Source: Syntrophorhabdaceae bacterium
GTDB lineage: Bacteria > Desulfobacterota > Syntrophorhabdia > Syntrophorhabdales > Syntrophorhabdaceae
DNA length: 58,130 nucleotides
Direction of reading: 5' to 3'
Assembly (NCBI GenBank): GCA_028713955.1
Contig: JAQTNJ010000001.1
Location: 3,269 to 61,398, forward strand
This document shows positions 1-9,363 of this stretch, in pieces. The notes beneath the pieces are model-generated. The model saw nothing but the letters and a program-made list of their open reading frames with translations. It searched no databases and had not been told where the DNA came from. Position 1 is the stretch's first letter. Every line of letters starts with the position of its first letter. The position numbers and the translations under genes were made by a program.

Positions 1-529
1 TTTGCTGAAAAGGTCAGGATTTCCCCCTCTTTTACATATTGTCTGAACAGCCTCTTCTTGTTCGCTGCAAAGCCTCTGCTCTCCTTGTCGGTCTTGGTCA
101 GGACAACGGTAAAGGACAGTTTCTGGTCAAAAAACCACTCCAGCAACATTTCATCGAGATAATCGGGCTCTCTCCGTACATCATAGACCCAGATGACCTT
201 TTTTATCTCTCTGTTGCCCTCGATGTAACCCTCAATCATCTTTTGCCAGCTCCGCTGCATTGTTTTTGATACCTTTGAATACCCGAACCCGGGGAAATCC
301 GAGAAGACGACCTGCTGCCTTGCACCCCCCTGTTCATAGTCGATGTGGTAAAGATTGATCAGCCTTGTAGCCCCAGGTGTCGAGCTTGTCTTTGCGATCT
401 TCCGCATCGCGAGGCTGTTGATCATCGACGATTTCCCTACATTCGATCTCCCTACAAAGGACACCTCCGGCATCTTCCCTTGTAAAGACCTGTCCGGTGA
501 AGTGACGCTTTTCAGATATCGTGCACTCA
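1..529 (-). CDS. engB: ribosome-biogenesis GTPase EngB/YsxC; the 3' end runs off the left edge
   Basis: Absent from the ORF track because it has no stop inside the window. Reverse-strand translation from GTG at 529 reads VKILSARYLKSVTSPDRSLQGKMPEVSFVGRSNVGKSSMINSL...TPGATRLINLY...FSDFPGFGYSKV...VVLTKTDK. These are the G1 (GRSNVGKSS), G3 (DFPGFG) and G4 (TKTD) motifs. Confidence 0.85.
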
Positions 530-596
530 GGATCTTCACAGAGAGATAATAATCTACTTCTCCGTATTTCTCAATACATTAACACCCACTATTCGT

Positions 597-645
597 TTTG
601 AACATTTGAAATTAAGATTTTGATATAACGTAGAAGATAGCTTGT
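597..645. repeat. 7-nt-phased degenerate array (TTTGAAC ATTTGAA ATTAAGA TTTTGAT ATAACGT AGAAGAT AGCTTGT) just 5' of family-A copy 1
   Basis: Read directly; the phase holds over 7 units. It contains GTTTTGAACATTTG (595-608), whose reverse complement occurs at 39382-39395. Confidence 0.5.
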
Positions 646-663
646 CCCAGATACATCCTGTAG

Positions 664-814
664 GGCACTGATGTCGGGATATCCCGGAGCAAACCGTCGT
701 GAGACAAGGAAGCTTGGTCTTTTGCGAAGCAAAAGTTCCGAAGCCGAACGCGAGCGAATGGAGCCGCAGGAGCGAAATGAGCGTGTTTGCCGGGGATGTC
801 CCGACATCAGTGCC
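664..814 (+). repeat. Family-A element, copy 1: conserved core of about 120 nt between perfectly complementary 16-bp arms (664-679 / 799-814)
   Basis: The arms are GGCACTGATGTCGGGA and TCCCGACATCAGTGCC. The core (GGAGCAAACCGTCGTGAG..CTTTTGCGAAGCAAAAGTTCCGAAGCC..GAGCGTGTTTGC) recurs at 39512-39662 (same orientation) and 18171-18327 (inverted). Confidence 0.85.
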
Positions 815-894
815 TATCCTATAATGGGAAATCAGAATTAAAAAACAGGGGTGTGGTGCTGCGGTGTGGTAAAAGCGGGGAGATTGTTGCGTTG

Positions 895-1863
895 TTAGTT
901 CGGGGTAATACGGTACTCTTCACATACCTTTTTCAGGTATTCGGCAACGCTGTGGAGGGGCCTGTAAGTCGTTTCATGGATCAGGCGGTCCTGGGAAAAG
1001 GTTCTGGAATCCGTCAGTGCCTTTAAACGTGAATACGTGAGTCCTCTTTTCTTACCTGTAAGAAGACGCAATAAAGAAAATATAGCCGCAGCAGTCAATG
1101 CGGCGGCATAAGGGATGTTCCCTATTTTCGCGTTATCTTTTCCGACCGCCCCGGATATGATCGAGGCAAATTCAAAGAAACGTATGGGGGTATTGATAAT
1201 AAACACACTGCCGCTCGGAATGGCATCGTTGTCAAGGGCAAACATCGCGCGGGCAACCTCACCGGCATTGACAATATTATATATGCCGCTTCCCCCTCGG
1301 ATATGCCTGTAATTGTTGGTTGCTATTACACTGATCAATTGGAAAAAACTGTCGTCTCCAGGTGCCCGGCCTGCTCCAAAAACAATAGTAGGTCTCAGTA
1401 TCTGTGCCCTTAAACCTTTATTAATCCCATGTCTGACGATCTCTTCTGCCCTTAATTTTGTTTTCTCATAAAGACTATCAGGACGACAAGGGGTCTCTTC
1501 GTTGATCGTCTTGTTATTTGTTTTCCCGACTACGCCTGCGCTTGAGAGGTGGATCAGGCGGCAGTTATTCGCAATTGCAGCCTCCACGACATTCTGCGTA
1601 CCCCGGACATTTACCCGCTCCATCTCCTCTACCATTGTGATAACACCGGCACAATGGTAGATAGCGCTGACCCCCGCCGGTATGTGCAACCGGTCGGTAA
1701 TATCACCTCTGACAACCTCTACGGCCTTGTTCTCAGGAGGAAAATACTCCTCACCTTCAGGAACAAGGGCAAATATCCGCAACCCCTCGTCAAGCAGGTG
1801 GGAGACAACGTACCTTCCGATAAAACCCGTTGCCCCGGTAACAAGGACTGTCCTGTCTTTCAC
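895..1863 (-). CDS. NAD-dependent epimerase/dehydratase (extended SDR)
   Basis: Rossmann motif VLVTGATGFIGRYV near the N-terminus; catalytic YxxxK as SLYEKTK. Confidence 0.8.
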   Translation of the reverse strand: MKDRTVLVTGATGFIGRYVVSHLLDEGLRIFALVPEGEEYFPPENKAVEVVRGDITDRLHIPAGVSAIYHCAGVITMVEEMERVNVRGTQNVVEAAIANNCRLIHLSSAGVVGKTNNKTINEETPCRPDSLYEKTKLRAEEIVRHGINKGLRAQILRPTIVFGAGRAPGDDSFFQLISVIATNNYRHIRGGSGIYNIVNAGEVARAMFALDNDAIPSGSVFIINTPIRFFEFASIISGAVGKDNAKIGNIPYAAALTAAAIFSLLRLLTGKKRGLTYSRLKALTDSRTFSQDRLIHETTYRPLHSVAEYLKKVCEEYRITPN

Positions 1864-1886
1864 GCATCACCTTTCATCATCTTTCC

Positions 1887-3722
1887 TTACCCTTTACTGT
1901 ATGAGTAACCGGAGCAAAGGCCGAACAACCTTTTCCTGATATCCGCCGTATCCCCTTTCTCTGCCTCTGCGATCAGGTCTTTTAGCTGAGACTCAAAGGT
2001 CTCCCAATCAAAGTGAGGGGATTTAACGAGCATGATCTTGTCGTGCGCCGTACGTTCGGTCTTTTCATCATCCGCGACCAGTTCCTCATGGAGCTTCTCT
2101 CCCGGTCTTAATCCGGAATAGACGATGTCGATGTCCTCCCCAAGCCTTAATCCCATCAACCGGATGATGTCCTTTGCGAGGTCGGTGATCCTTGTCGGCT
2201 CTCCCATGTCAAGGACAAAGATCTCTCCCCCGTTACCGATGGCGCCTGCCTGCATGACCAACTGAGCCGCCTCAGATATGCTCATGAAATAACGCGTCAC
2301 CTCGGGGTGGGTTACCGTTACGGGCCCTCCCCTTGTAATCTGTTCCTTGAATATGGGGATAACGCTTCCCGCACTGTTGAGGACATTGCCAAACCGCACG
2401 ACAACGAATTTCGTGCGGTCACGCCCGTTCATCCCCTGGCATATCAGTTCGGTGATCCGTTTTGTCGCTCCCATTACATTTGCCGGCTTTACCGCCTTAT
2501 CGGTAGAGATCATCACGAATTTCTGCACTTCGTACCGGATTGACATCTCCGCAACGTTCTTTGTGCCGATGATATTATTTTTTATTGCCTCAACGGGGTG
2601 CGCCTCCTGCATTGGAACGTGTTTGTACGCCGCTGCATGAAAGACAACATCGGGATGGTGCTCCTCCATTACCCGTTGCAATCTTCCTGTATCAAGGATA
2701 TCACCCAGGATCGGTGTGTAGAACCTGCCGAAAGACGCTTCAGAAAATTCCCGATCGAGATGAAAAAGCTCGTTTTCCGCTCGCTCGAAGAGGATAAGTT
2801 GTTCCGGTCCCATCTTCATTATATGGCGGCACAACTCGTGCCCGATCGATCCCGCGGCACCGGTGACCATAACCCTCTTGTCTGACAGATATTCCCGTAT
2901 CTTCGCTGCATCCAGTTCTATATGCTCCCGTCCCAGGAGGTCCTCGATGCGTATCTCCCTTATGTGACTCACATTCAATTTCCCATTCAGGATGTCGCTT
3001 ATTGCAGGGACTGTCTTGCATGCAATCCCCACCTCTTCGCATGTCTCGATGATCTTCCGTATTTCCTTGCCCGTAATCGATGGTGAGGCTATGATCACCT
3101 CGCGGATATCCTTTTCCTGTGCTATCCTTCCGAGTTCTCCAATGTTGCCAAGGATCGGCACATTGTGGATACGCCTCCCCTTTTTACCGGATTCCTTATC
3201 GAGAAAACCTATTGGATTGTATTGCATCCTGGGGTTCTGCCTCATCTCTCTGAGCAGCATTTCACCGGTATCGTCTGCGCCGATTACAAGGACCCTGTTG
3301 TCGCCTTTCGTGTTCAACACGCGGAATTCCCGTGAAAACCGATAAAGAAAGCGCGTACCCCCCAGGAATGTAATAATAACAAACCAATCGATCATCAGAA
3401 CAGATCTTGGGAAACCGATAAACTGATAACGAATGAGGATATACAGAGTAAAGACAAGGGAGCCTATGGTGATCGCCTTCAGTATCCTTAAAAGATCGTT
3501 CATTGAGGCATATCTCCATACGCCTTCATAGAGCCTGAATACATAAAAACAAACGAACCTCACGAGCAAAAGGACCGGAAGCGATTCGATATACCTTTCA
3601 AAGTATTGCTCGGGTATAACAAAATTGAAACGGAGAAGGTATGATAACCAATAAGAAACGGCGACGCATAACAAATCGCTCGTTACAACAATCGCCAATC
3701 CCCACTTCCGGATGATCTTCAT
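1887..3722 (-). CDS. membrane-anchored nucleotide-sugar 4,6-dehydratase (PglF/CapD/WbpM family)
   Basis: Four hydrophobic N-terminal helices. Then VMVTGAAGSIGHEL, HAAAYKHVP and ISTDKAVKPANVMGATKR, typical of the CapD/PglF family. Confidence 0.85.
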   Translation of the reverse strand: MKIIRKWGLAIVVTSDLLCVAVSYWLSYLLRFNFVIPEQYFERYIESLPVLLLVRFVCFYVFRLYEGVWRYASMNDLLRILKAITIGSLVFTLYILIRYQFIGFPRSVLMIDWFVIITFLGGTRFLYRFSREFRVLNTKGDNRVLVIGADDTGEMLLREMRQNPRMQYNPIGFLDKESGKKGRRIHNVPILGNIGELGRIAQEKDIREVIIASPSITGKEIRKIIETCEEVGIACKTVPAISDILNGKLNVSHIREIRIEDLLGREHIELDAAKIREYLSDKRVMVTGAAGSIGHELCRHIMKMGPEQLILFERAENELFHLDREFSEASFGRFYTPILGDILDTGRLQRVMEEHHPDVVFHAAAYKHVPMQEAHPVEAIKNNIIGTKNVAEMSIRYEVQKFVMISTDKAVKPANVMGATKRITELICQGMNGRDRTKFVVVRFGNVLNSAGSVIPIFKEQITRGGPVTVTHPEVTRYFMSISEAAQLVMQAGAIGNGGEIFVLDMGEPTRITDLAKDIIRLMGLRLGEDIDIVYSGLRPGEKLHEELVADDEKTERTAHDKIMLVKSPHFDWETFESQLKDLIAEAEKGDTADIRKRLFGLCSGYSYSKG

Positions 3723-3728
3723 AATATC

Positions 3729-5291
3729 TTATCTGTCCTTTAGCCGGTATACGGATAAAGAATATTCCCGGAACTTCTCAAGCGCCGGGAGATTTATCTT
3801 TTCAAAAACCGATGGTTGAAGGCTGTTCAGGATGTTCCTGTAAGAGACGTTATCGGTCTTTTCATCCAGTATGAGAAACCGGGCATTGCCTTTTTTCATA
3901 AAACCCACCAATTCGTCTATTGTTTGTGCAAATGGCAGGGAATCAAATTCAGAATCCGCATAAAATGCAATCCTGTAAAGACGCGGCTCTCCCGCGAATA
4001 CTACCCCCGAATAGCCTTTGGCCTTAAGATATACACCTGCCTCCTTCAACTCTCTTTTCTCATAACCTCCCGGGGATAATGTCTTCGGCAGGATCGCGAT
4101 GAGGATCGCAAAGATAAGGATTGCCGCCATATGCCTTGTAAGAAAGGCTGACGGGTATACCTTCCTGAGCCATGAACAGATCTGCTCTTTCAATTCAAAA
4201 TAGCCGATCCCTGCCCAGATCAGCATGGGAAACCCGAGCAGACTCCCGTGCCGTGTGCTGAAGTAATAAACCTTTGCGATGTACAGAAATGCAGTGAGGA
4301 AAAAAACGCCGAACCAGATCGCGACAGGGATCTCGTTTTTGCTGTAGGCCACTTTTTTTCTTCCGAAAATACCGATAATTGCAAGAAAGAAAAAGACCAC
4401 ATTGAGCGACTTGACAAGTTTAAGGATTATGTCGGAGAGAAAGATGACATACTTGTGGCCCCTTGCAAGCTCCAGAAATGTGATCAACTCAGGTCTCACC
4501 GATTGAATAGTTTCGGGCGACAGCTCAAGTGCTTCACTGCTTTTGCTCGTTATAAGAAGCCATATCTTCACAAAAGTAAAACCAAAATCCCACTTCGCAA
4601 ATATTTCGCTGAAAAGAAAAATAAAAGGCAAAAGCAGAACCGGAAAGGTAAAGATATATACGGAGAGATAAGAAAAGAGTTTTTTAGAGTCCGGTTCTTG
4701 TTTGGAGAAATACCAGATGATCCACAAAAAGATCACAACGAAAATGGCAACGCCTTCGATCCGGGCAAAGGCTGCCAGCGCTGTCGATATGCCTGACAAT
4801 ACTATCCATATAAGGCTTCCGCGCGAGACCCCTTCCCACGCAAGCCATAAGGCAGTTACCGAAAAAAACCAGAAGGTAGGTTCCCTGAGCACGTCTGCCG
4901 AATAGTCGGCAAACCTCGGGTTAATAATATAAAAAAGCGCTGTTATCGATGCGATGCGAACACCGAACATCCGTTTTGTCAAAAGAAAAAGCGGAATGAC
5001 GGCCAGTGACCCCATAAATACGGATACCATACGTCCTGCCGTCTCCCAGTCGGGAAATATTGTATGGGCAAGCAAAACAAGATATGGATACAGATGGATA
5101 AAAGTAAATTCCATAAGTTTTTTCGATGCCCCGAGCTCGATGAGCCTGGCGGTTTTTATGTATAAAATACCGTCAGGGGTTATTATGTTTGAGAAAAAGG
5201 CCAGGTAAAACCTTATTGCAAAAGCGCCAATAAAGGCAAAGACGGGCAATAGCCAGATCCTTTTTTCAACTTCTGTTATCTGAAATTTCAA
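3729..5291 (-). CDS. polytopic GT-C-type glycosyltransferase (ArnT/PMT_2-like) with a soluble C-terminal domain
   Basis: About 10 or more hydrophobic helices. Early loop motif ITPDGILYIKTARLIE. The last ~110 aa are hydrophilic. This is a family-level call only. Confidence 0.5.
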   Translation of the reverse strand: MKFQITEVEKRIWLLPVFAFIGAFAIRFYLAFFSNIITPDGILYIKTARLIELGASKKLMEFTFIHLYPYLVLLAHTIFPDWETAGRMVSVFMGSLAVIPLFLLTKRMFGVRIASITALFYIINPRFADYSADVLREPTFWFFSVTALWLAWEGVSRGSLIWIVLSGISTALAAFARIEGVAIFVVIFLWIIWYFSKQEPDSKKLFSYLSVYIFTFPVLLLPFIFLFSEIFAKWDFGFTFVKIWLLITSKSSEALELSPETIQSVRPELITFLELARGHKYVIFLSDIILKLVKSLNVVFFFLAIIGIFGRKKVAYSKNEIPVAIWFGVFFLTAFLYIAKVYYFSTRHGSLLGFPMLIWAGIGYFELKEQICSWLRKVYPSAFLTRHMAAILIFAILIAILPKTLSPGGYEKRELKEAGVYLKAKGYSGVVFAGEPRLYRIAFYADSEFDSLPFAQTIDELVGFMKKGNARFLILDEKTDNVSYRNILNSLQPSVFEKINLPALEKFREYSLSVYRLKDR

Positions 5292-5325
5292 ACCCGATGC
5301 TCCTTCAATTAAGATTCGTGAACAA

Positions 5326-5952
5326 TTATACCTTTCCCCTGTCCGGTTTGGAACCTGTAAACTTTGGCATCGTTGCGCAGCCTTCCGCGCTTATGCCTTC
5401 CCGTCTGATGACCTTGAACACCGTATCGACAAGTATCTTCATATCGAGCAGAAAGCTCCGGTGGTCAACGTAATAGACATCGAGATCGAAGCGTTCCTCC
5501 CAGGTAATGGCATTTCTCCCTTTTACCTGCGCCAGTCCGGTAATTCCAGGCTTTACGTCGTGCCGCCTTGCCTGCTCTGGCGTATAAAGAGGGATATACT
5601 CCATGAGAAGCGGCCTTGGGCCAACAAAACTCAGATCGCCTTTCAGGACATTAAAAAGCTGCGGAAGTTCATCGAGGCTGAACCTCCTGAGAAAACGGCC
5701 CACACCGGTCAGGCGCTCTTCATCGGTCAATTGTATGCCTGTTTTGCCTGTATCATCTGTCATGGTTCTGAATTTATAGATCGTAAAAGGTCTTCCTTTG
5801 TAGCCCGGGCGTACCTGCTTAAACAAGACCGGGCTTCCCATCGCAGCAAAGACTAACAGACCCGTAAAGAGGATGACGGGAGACAGAATAATGACAAGGA
5901 GCAGCGACACGATCAGGTCAAAGAACCTTTTCACCGGTACTCCTCCTGACAC
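5326..5952 (-). CDS. small PglC/WbaP-type undecaprenyl-phosphate sugar phosphotransferase (initiating enzyme)
   Basis: [19 protein letters not shown] re-entrant helix, [31 protein letters not shown]. The track start is GTG; an alternative GTG lies at 5934. Confidence 0.9.
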   Translation of the reverse strand: MSGGVPVKRFFDLIVSLLLVIILSPVILFTGLLVFAAMGSPVLFKQVRPGYKGRPFTIYKFRTMTDDTGKTGIQLTDEERLTGVGRFLRRFSLDELPQLFNVLKGDLSFVGPRPLLMEYIPLYTPEQARRHDVKPGITGLAQVKGRNAITWEERFDLDVYYVDHRSFLLDMKILVDTVFKVIRREGISAEGCATMPKFTGSKPDRGKV

Positions 5953-7105
5953 TGCTCATCCCCGGCAGTGATCTATAAAAGCTGAGAAAGGCATCGGCGA
6001 CATAATCCTTCGAAAAAAGTCCTATTGCCCTTTCGCGGGCACGTCTGCCCATCGCATACCTGGCAGAAGGATCATTGATCATCTTAAGCATCTTTTCCTC
6101 GAGTTCTTTGACGTTCCCTGGCTCATACAGAAATCCTGTGACATTATCTTCTATGGCGTCGACAACACCATAAATCTTGGTCCCGATCGAAGAAACACCT
6201 GCGGCGCCTGCTTCAATGACGACGATGCCGAACCCTTCGCGGTAGCTGGGCATGCAGAACACATCGGCCGCAGCCATGAACCTCTCCGGTGTGTCTGTAA
6301 AGTCAGAAAAATGGATCCGGTCACGATGTTCACTGCACACGGACAGCATCTTTTCTTTCATCCCCTCTTCGTCAGGTCCCGCAACGAGGAGATGGATATC
6401 CTCCGCGGATCTGCATACCTTTGCAAATGCGCCGGCAAGGTCGAGCAGCCCCTTGTCAAAGGTAAGCCGTCCCAGGAAAAGAAAAAGGATGCTGTCTTCG
6501 GGTATGGAAAGCTGTTCCCGCAATGTCTTTCTCGTTTCCGGATCGGGCCGGAAACGTGTACTATCGACACCACATATCGATCCGCTCCCGATCACTGAGG
6601 TTTTTTGGCCCCGAACGATCCCCTCCCTAATGATGAAATCCAGCTGTGATCTGCTGTCCGCGAGGACATGAGTGGCGCAGCGGGCGATCTGTTTGTCCAT
6701 GCCCTTCAGAAACCATCGCTTCATTCCTTTTGCTGTGGCCCAGACCTGGCCGGTAAAGGTATGAACCCTTACGGGAACGCCCGCCATGCAAGCAGCTAAC
6801 ATTGAAAGCAGACCTGCTTTTGGTGTAATTGAATGAACGACGTCAAAACCTTCTCTCCTGAAGAACCGGTAAAGCCTGCATAACGCCAGCATGTCAGAAA
6901 CCGGCAATGGTCTTCTCAGGATCCTTACCGGAAAGACCTGTACATCAAGGCCGTAAGGCTTCAGAAAGTCCACATTATCCGTGTTGACTGCCACTGTTAT
7001 GCTGTGCTCACTGCTTAACCTTTTTAAATGCTCAACCATGAAGACGCGAACGGAGAGCTCAACGGCGGCTACAAAACAAATCTTTTTGCCTTTCATATGA
7101 TTCAC
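5918..7105 (-). CDS. glycosyltransferase family 4 (GT-B)
   Basis: C-terminal PSYREGFGIVVIEAGAAGVSSIGT region (E-x7-E type); about 395 aa. Confidence 0.8.
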   Translation of the reverse strand: MNHMKGKKICFVAAVELSVRVFMVEHLKRLSSEHSITVAVNTDNVDFLKPYGLDVQVFPVRILRRPLPVSDMLALCRLYRFFRREGFDVVHSITPKAGLLSMLAACMAGVPVRVHTFTGQVWATAKGMKRWFLKGMDKQIARCATHVLADSRSQLDFIIREGIVRGQKTSVIGSGSICGVDSTRFRPDPETRKTLREQLSIPEDSILFLFLGRLTFDKGLLDLAGAFAKVCRSAEDIHLLVAGPDEEGMKEKMLSVCSEHRDRIHFSDFTDTPERFMAAADVFCMPSYREGFGIVVIEAGAAGVSSIGTKIYGVVDAIEDNVTGFLYEPGNVKELEEKMLKMINDPSARYAMGRRARERAIGLFSKDYVADAFLSFYRSLPGMSSVRRSTGEKVL

Positions 7106-7146
7106 TTTTGTACTTACCCGGATAATCTTCGCATAAAACCTTTACA

Positions 7147-8076
7147 TTATGTATCGAAATATCCCTTGCTCCCTATGGAGATGGTCTTATTCCACACTAC
7201 AGGAGGCAAAAAGGTGATCATGTAAAGAAGCGTGAAACGAAGATCGACCCCGATGTAAGGCCTCAAAAAATCCCTCGCCTTTTCAGGTTTCTTCTCCACC
7301 ATTGCCGCACGCGCCCTGTAATAACCGATCTTTCCATAAACGTAACGGAGCGCCGCCGCATGTTTTTCTTCAAACCCTTCGAGAACCTTTTTATACTTTC
7401 CGATAATGTCCTCCATCTCATCGGGCCATTCGTCGATGAACCGGGTGCTGGCCCTGTCGGGATGGATCCTGTAGACGGCCAGCGGCTCCCCGATGTAGGC
7501 TGCTTTAGAGTGAAACAACAATCTCATAAAGAGATCGTATTCTTCGCACAGTCTCAGCTTCGTGTCGAAATGCTCTTCAAATCTGTTGATAGCGTTCTTT
7601 CTTATTGCAGCGGTTAAAACGCTGACAGGATAACGTCTCAGAAAATGATCAAAAACCTCTCCATCCGGTTGAGGACCTTTCAACGCCACGTTTCTACGTT
7701 CCCCTTTCCGTATGAAGTAGTTTGTATATATGAAATCGATATCTTTTCTGCGCTCGAAAACCTCTACCTGCTTCTCCAGTTTTTCAGGGAGCCATATATC
7801 ATCGTGATCAATAAAGACGACGTAATCGCCCCCGGAAAGTTCGAGGGCCCGGTTACGTGAATAGCCGAGCCCTCTGTTTTCCTGATAGTGATATGATACC
7901 GGAAACCCACGGGCCTTGAATCCGTCAATGATCGCCTCGGTGGAATCCGACGAACCGTCGTTGACAACGATAAGCTCCCAATCCCTGAAGGTCTGATCCC
8001 CAATGCTCTTGAGGGTCTCTTCCAGGAACCTTTCCGAATTATAACAGCAGAGATTTATACTTACTTTTGGTGGCAT
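7147..8076 (-). CDS. glycosyltransferase family 2
   Basis: VSINLCCYNSERFLEETLKSIGDQTFRDWELIVVNDGSSD and FIDHDDIW (DxD). Confidence 0.85.
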   Translation of the reverse strand: MPPKVSINLCCYNSERFLEETLKSIGDQTFRDWELIVVNDGSSDSTEAIIDGFKARGFPVSYHYQENRGLGYSRNRALELSGGDYVVFIDHDDIWLPEKLEKQVEVFERRKDIDFIYTNYFIRKGERRNVALKGPQPDGEVFDHFLRRYPVSVLTAAIRKNAINRFEEHFDTKLRLCEEYDLFMRLLFHSKAAYIGEPLAVYRIHPDRASTRFIDEWPDEMEDIIGKYKKVLEGFEEKHAAALRYVYGKIGYYRARAAMVEKKPEKARDFLRPYIGVDLRFTLLYMITFLPPVVWNKTISIGSKGYFDT

Positions 8077-8087
8077 CGCATTTGACA

Positions 8088-8199
8088 GTATATCGTATTT
8101 CGTATGTCGTATATCGAAAGATGCTCGATACTCGTCGCTTGATACTCGATAATCGACGCTGATAGCTGTATGCTGACTGCTGACGGCTATCTTCTATCT
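8088..8199. repeat. 7-nt-phased array of 16 units (GTATATC GTATTTC GTATGTC GTATATC GAAAGAT GCTCGAT ACTCGTC GCTTGAT ACTCGAT AATCGAC GCTGATA GCTGTAT GCTGACT GCTGACG GCTATCT TCTATCT)
   Basis: Phase checked base by base from 8088. The leading ACAGTATATCGTAT.TCGTAT.TCGTATATCGAAA block recurs at 9361-9387 and at 44707-44738. Confidence 0.8.
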
Positions 8200-8218
8200 A
8201 CTTTTATAATTCCTTAAT

Positions 8219-9331
8219 TTAACGGCCGAAGAATTCCCTGACTGTGCGTATGACAAGCTCCACGTCGTCATCGGTCATATCGTAGAAGAGAGGAATGGTG
8301 ATGATCTCCTTCCAGACCTTTTCCGTTGCAGGAAGTTCCGTTGAATATTTGCTGAAAAACGGCTGGAGATGATTCGGTATGTAGTGGACACCGCTCGCCA
8401 CCCCTTTTGAGGCGAGGAAATCCATCATCTCGTCCCTCCTGTCGCCTGCAACTCGGAGTATGTACATAAAGGGGGCCATCTCCCGCAGTTCCCACTTGAG
8501 CATCCTGATATCCCCGATCTCCTGAAAGGCATCGTTGTAGCGTTTTACAATAGCTTTCCTTCTCGCTATGAACCTGTCGAGTTTTCTGAGTTGAGCGATC
8601 CCTATAGCGGCATTGATATTGCTCATATGGTAACGGTATCCCTGCGTTACTACCTCATAATACCAGCTCTGGACCTTTTTCTGTCTCTGCCATGAATCCT
8701 TCGATATTCCAAGGGCCCTCTTCCTGCGTATCTCCTCTGCGATTCCGTCATCACTTAAGACTACTGCGCCTCCCTCACCACAGGTGAAATTCTTGATCGG
8801 GTCAAAGCTGAAACATGCTGCATCACCGATGCTGCCGATCTTCCTGTCTTTGTACGTTGAGCCAAAGGCATGTGCAGCGTCTTCGATAACAACGATCTTC
8901 TTCTCCCTGGCGATCCCGAGGAGCCTGTCCATATCGCAGGGATACCCGCAATAATGGACCGGCATGATCGCCTTTGTCCTGGGCGTTACCCTTCTTTCCA
9001 TATCGGCAATGTCAATATTGAGCGTGTCGGGATCGACCTCGCAAAACACCGGGGTCGCGCCAAGGGAAATAACGCCCTGTATACCGGCACAAAACGTCAA
9101 TGAAGGGGTGATCACCTCATCTCCGGGGCCTATCCCATAAGCGGCGAGCGCAATGTGGAGGGCTGTCGTCCCTGTATTTACCGCCACTGCGTTACGCGCA
9201 CCGAGATAGTCCTTTATCATATTTTCAAACTCTATCACCTGCAAGCCCATTCCGAGCCAGCCCGTCTCAAATACCTTCCTGACCTCTTCAAGCTCCTCGC
9301 TGCCGATAGATGGTCTATGTGCCTGCAACAT
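8219..9331 (-). CDS. DegT/DnrJ/EryC1-type PLP aminotransferase (PglE/PseC-like sugar 4-aminotransferase)
   Basis: NTGTTALHIAL, EDAAHAFGS, and FSFDPIKNFTCGEGG carrying the PLP lysine. Confidence 0.85.
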   Translation of the reverse strand: MLQAHRPSIGSEELEEVRKVFETGWLGMGLQVIEFENMIKDYLGARNAVAVNTGTTALHIALAAYGIGPGDEVITPSLTFCAGIQGVISLGATPVFCEVDPDTLNIDIADMERRVTPRTKAIMPVHYCGYPCDMDRLLGIAREKKIVVIEDAAHAFGSTYKDRKIGSIGDAACFSFDPIKNFTCGEGGAVVLSDDGIAEEIRRKRALGISKDSWQRQKKVQSWYYEVVTQGYRYHMSNINAAIGIAQLRKLDRFIARRKAIVKRYNDAFQEIGDIRMLKWELREMAPFMYILRVAGDRRDEMMDFLASKGVASGVHYIPNHLQPFFSKYSTELPATEKVWKEIITIPLFYDMTDDDVELVIRTVREFFGR

Positions 9332-9363
9332 TGTTTAAACCTCCATATTGTATCGTACTGACA

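Noticed and set aside
664-679. CTGATG in the arm of family-A copy 1 as a hammerhead-ribozyme core (CUGAUGA).
   Set aside because: The seventh base is wrong. The segment lies in the variable arm and is absent from copies 2 and 3. No GAAA/UH partner is arranged appropriately.
589-807. Arginine-rich ORFs drawn through the family-A repeats: 589-807 (-), 39449-39700 (-), 39516-39725 (+), and an unlisted 56-codon + ORF starting at 672.
   Set aside because: They exist only because the repeat is conserved. Copy 3 has a +3 and a +2 indel relative to copies 1 and 2, so it breaks every shared frame. The peptides are low-complexity and R/S-rich with no motif.
8088-8199. Whether the tandem arrays could be a CRISPR array.
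   Set aside because: The unit is 7 nt with no unique spacers between units, and no cas genes are in the window.
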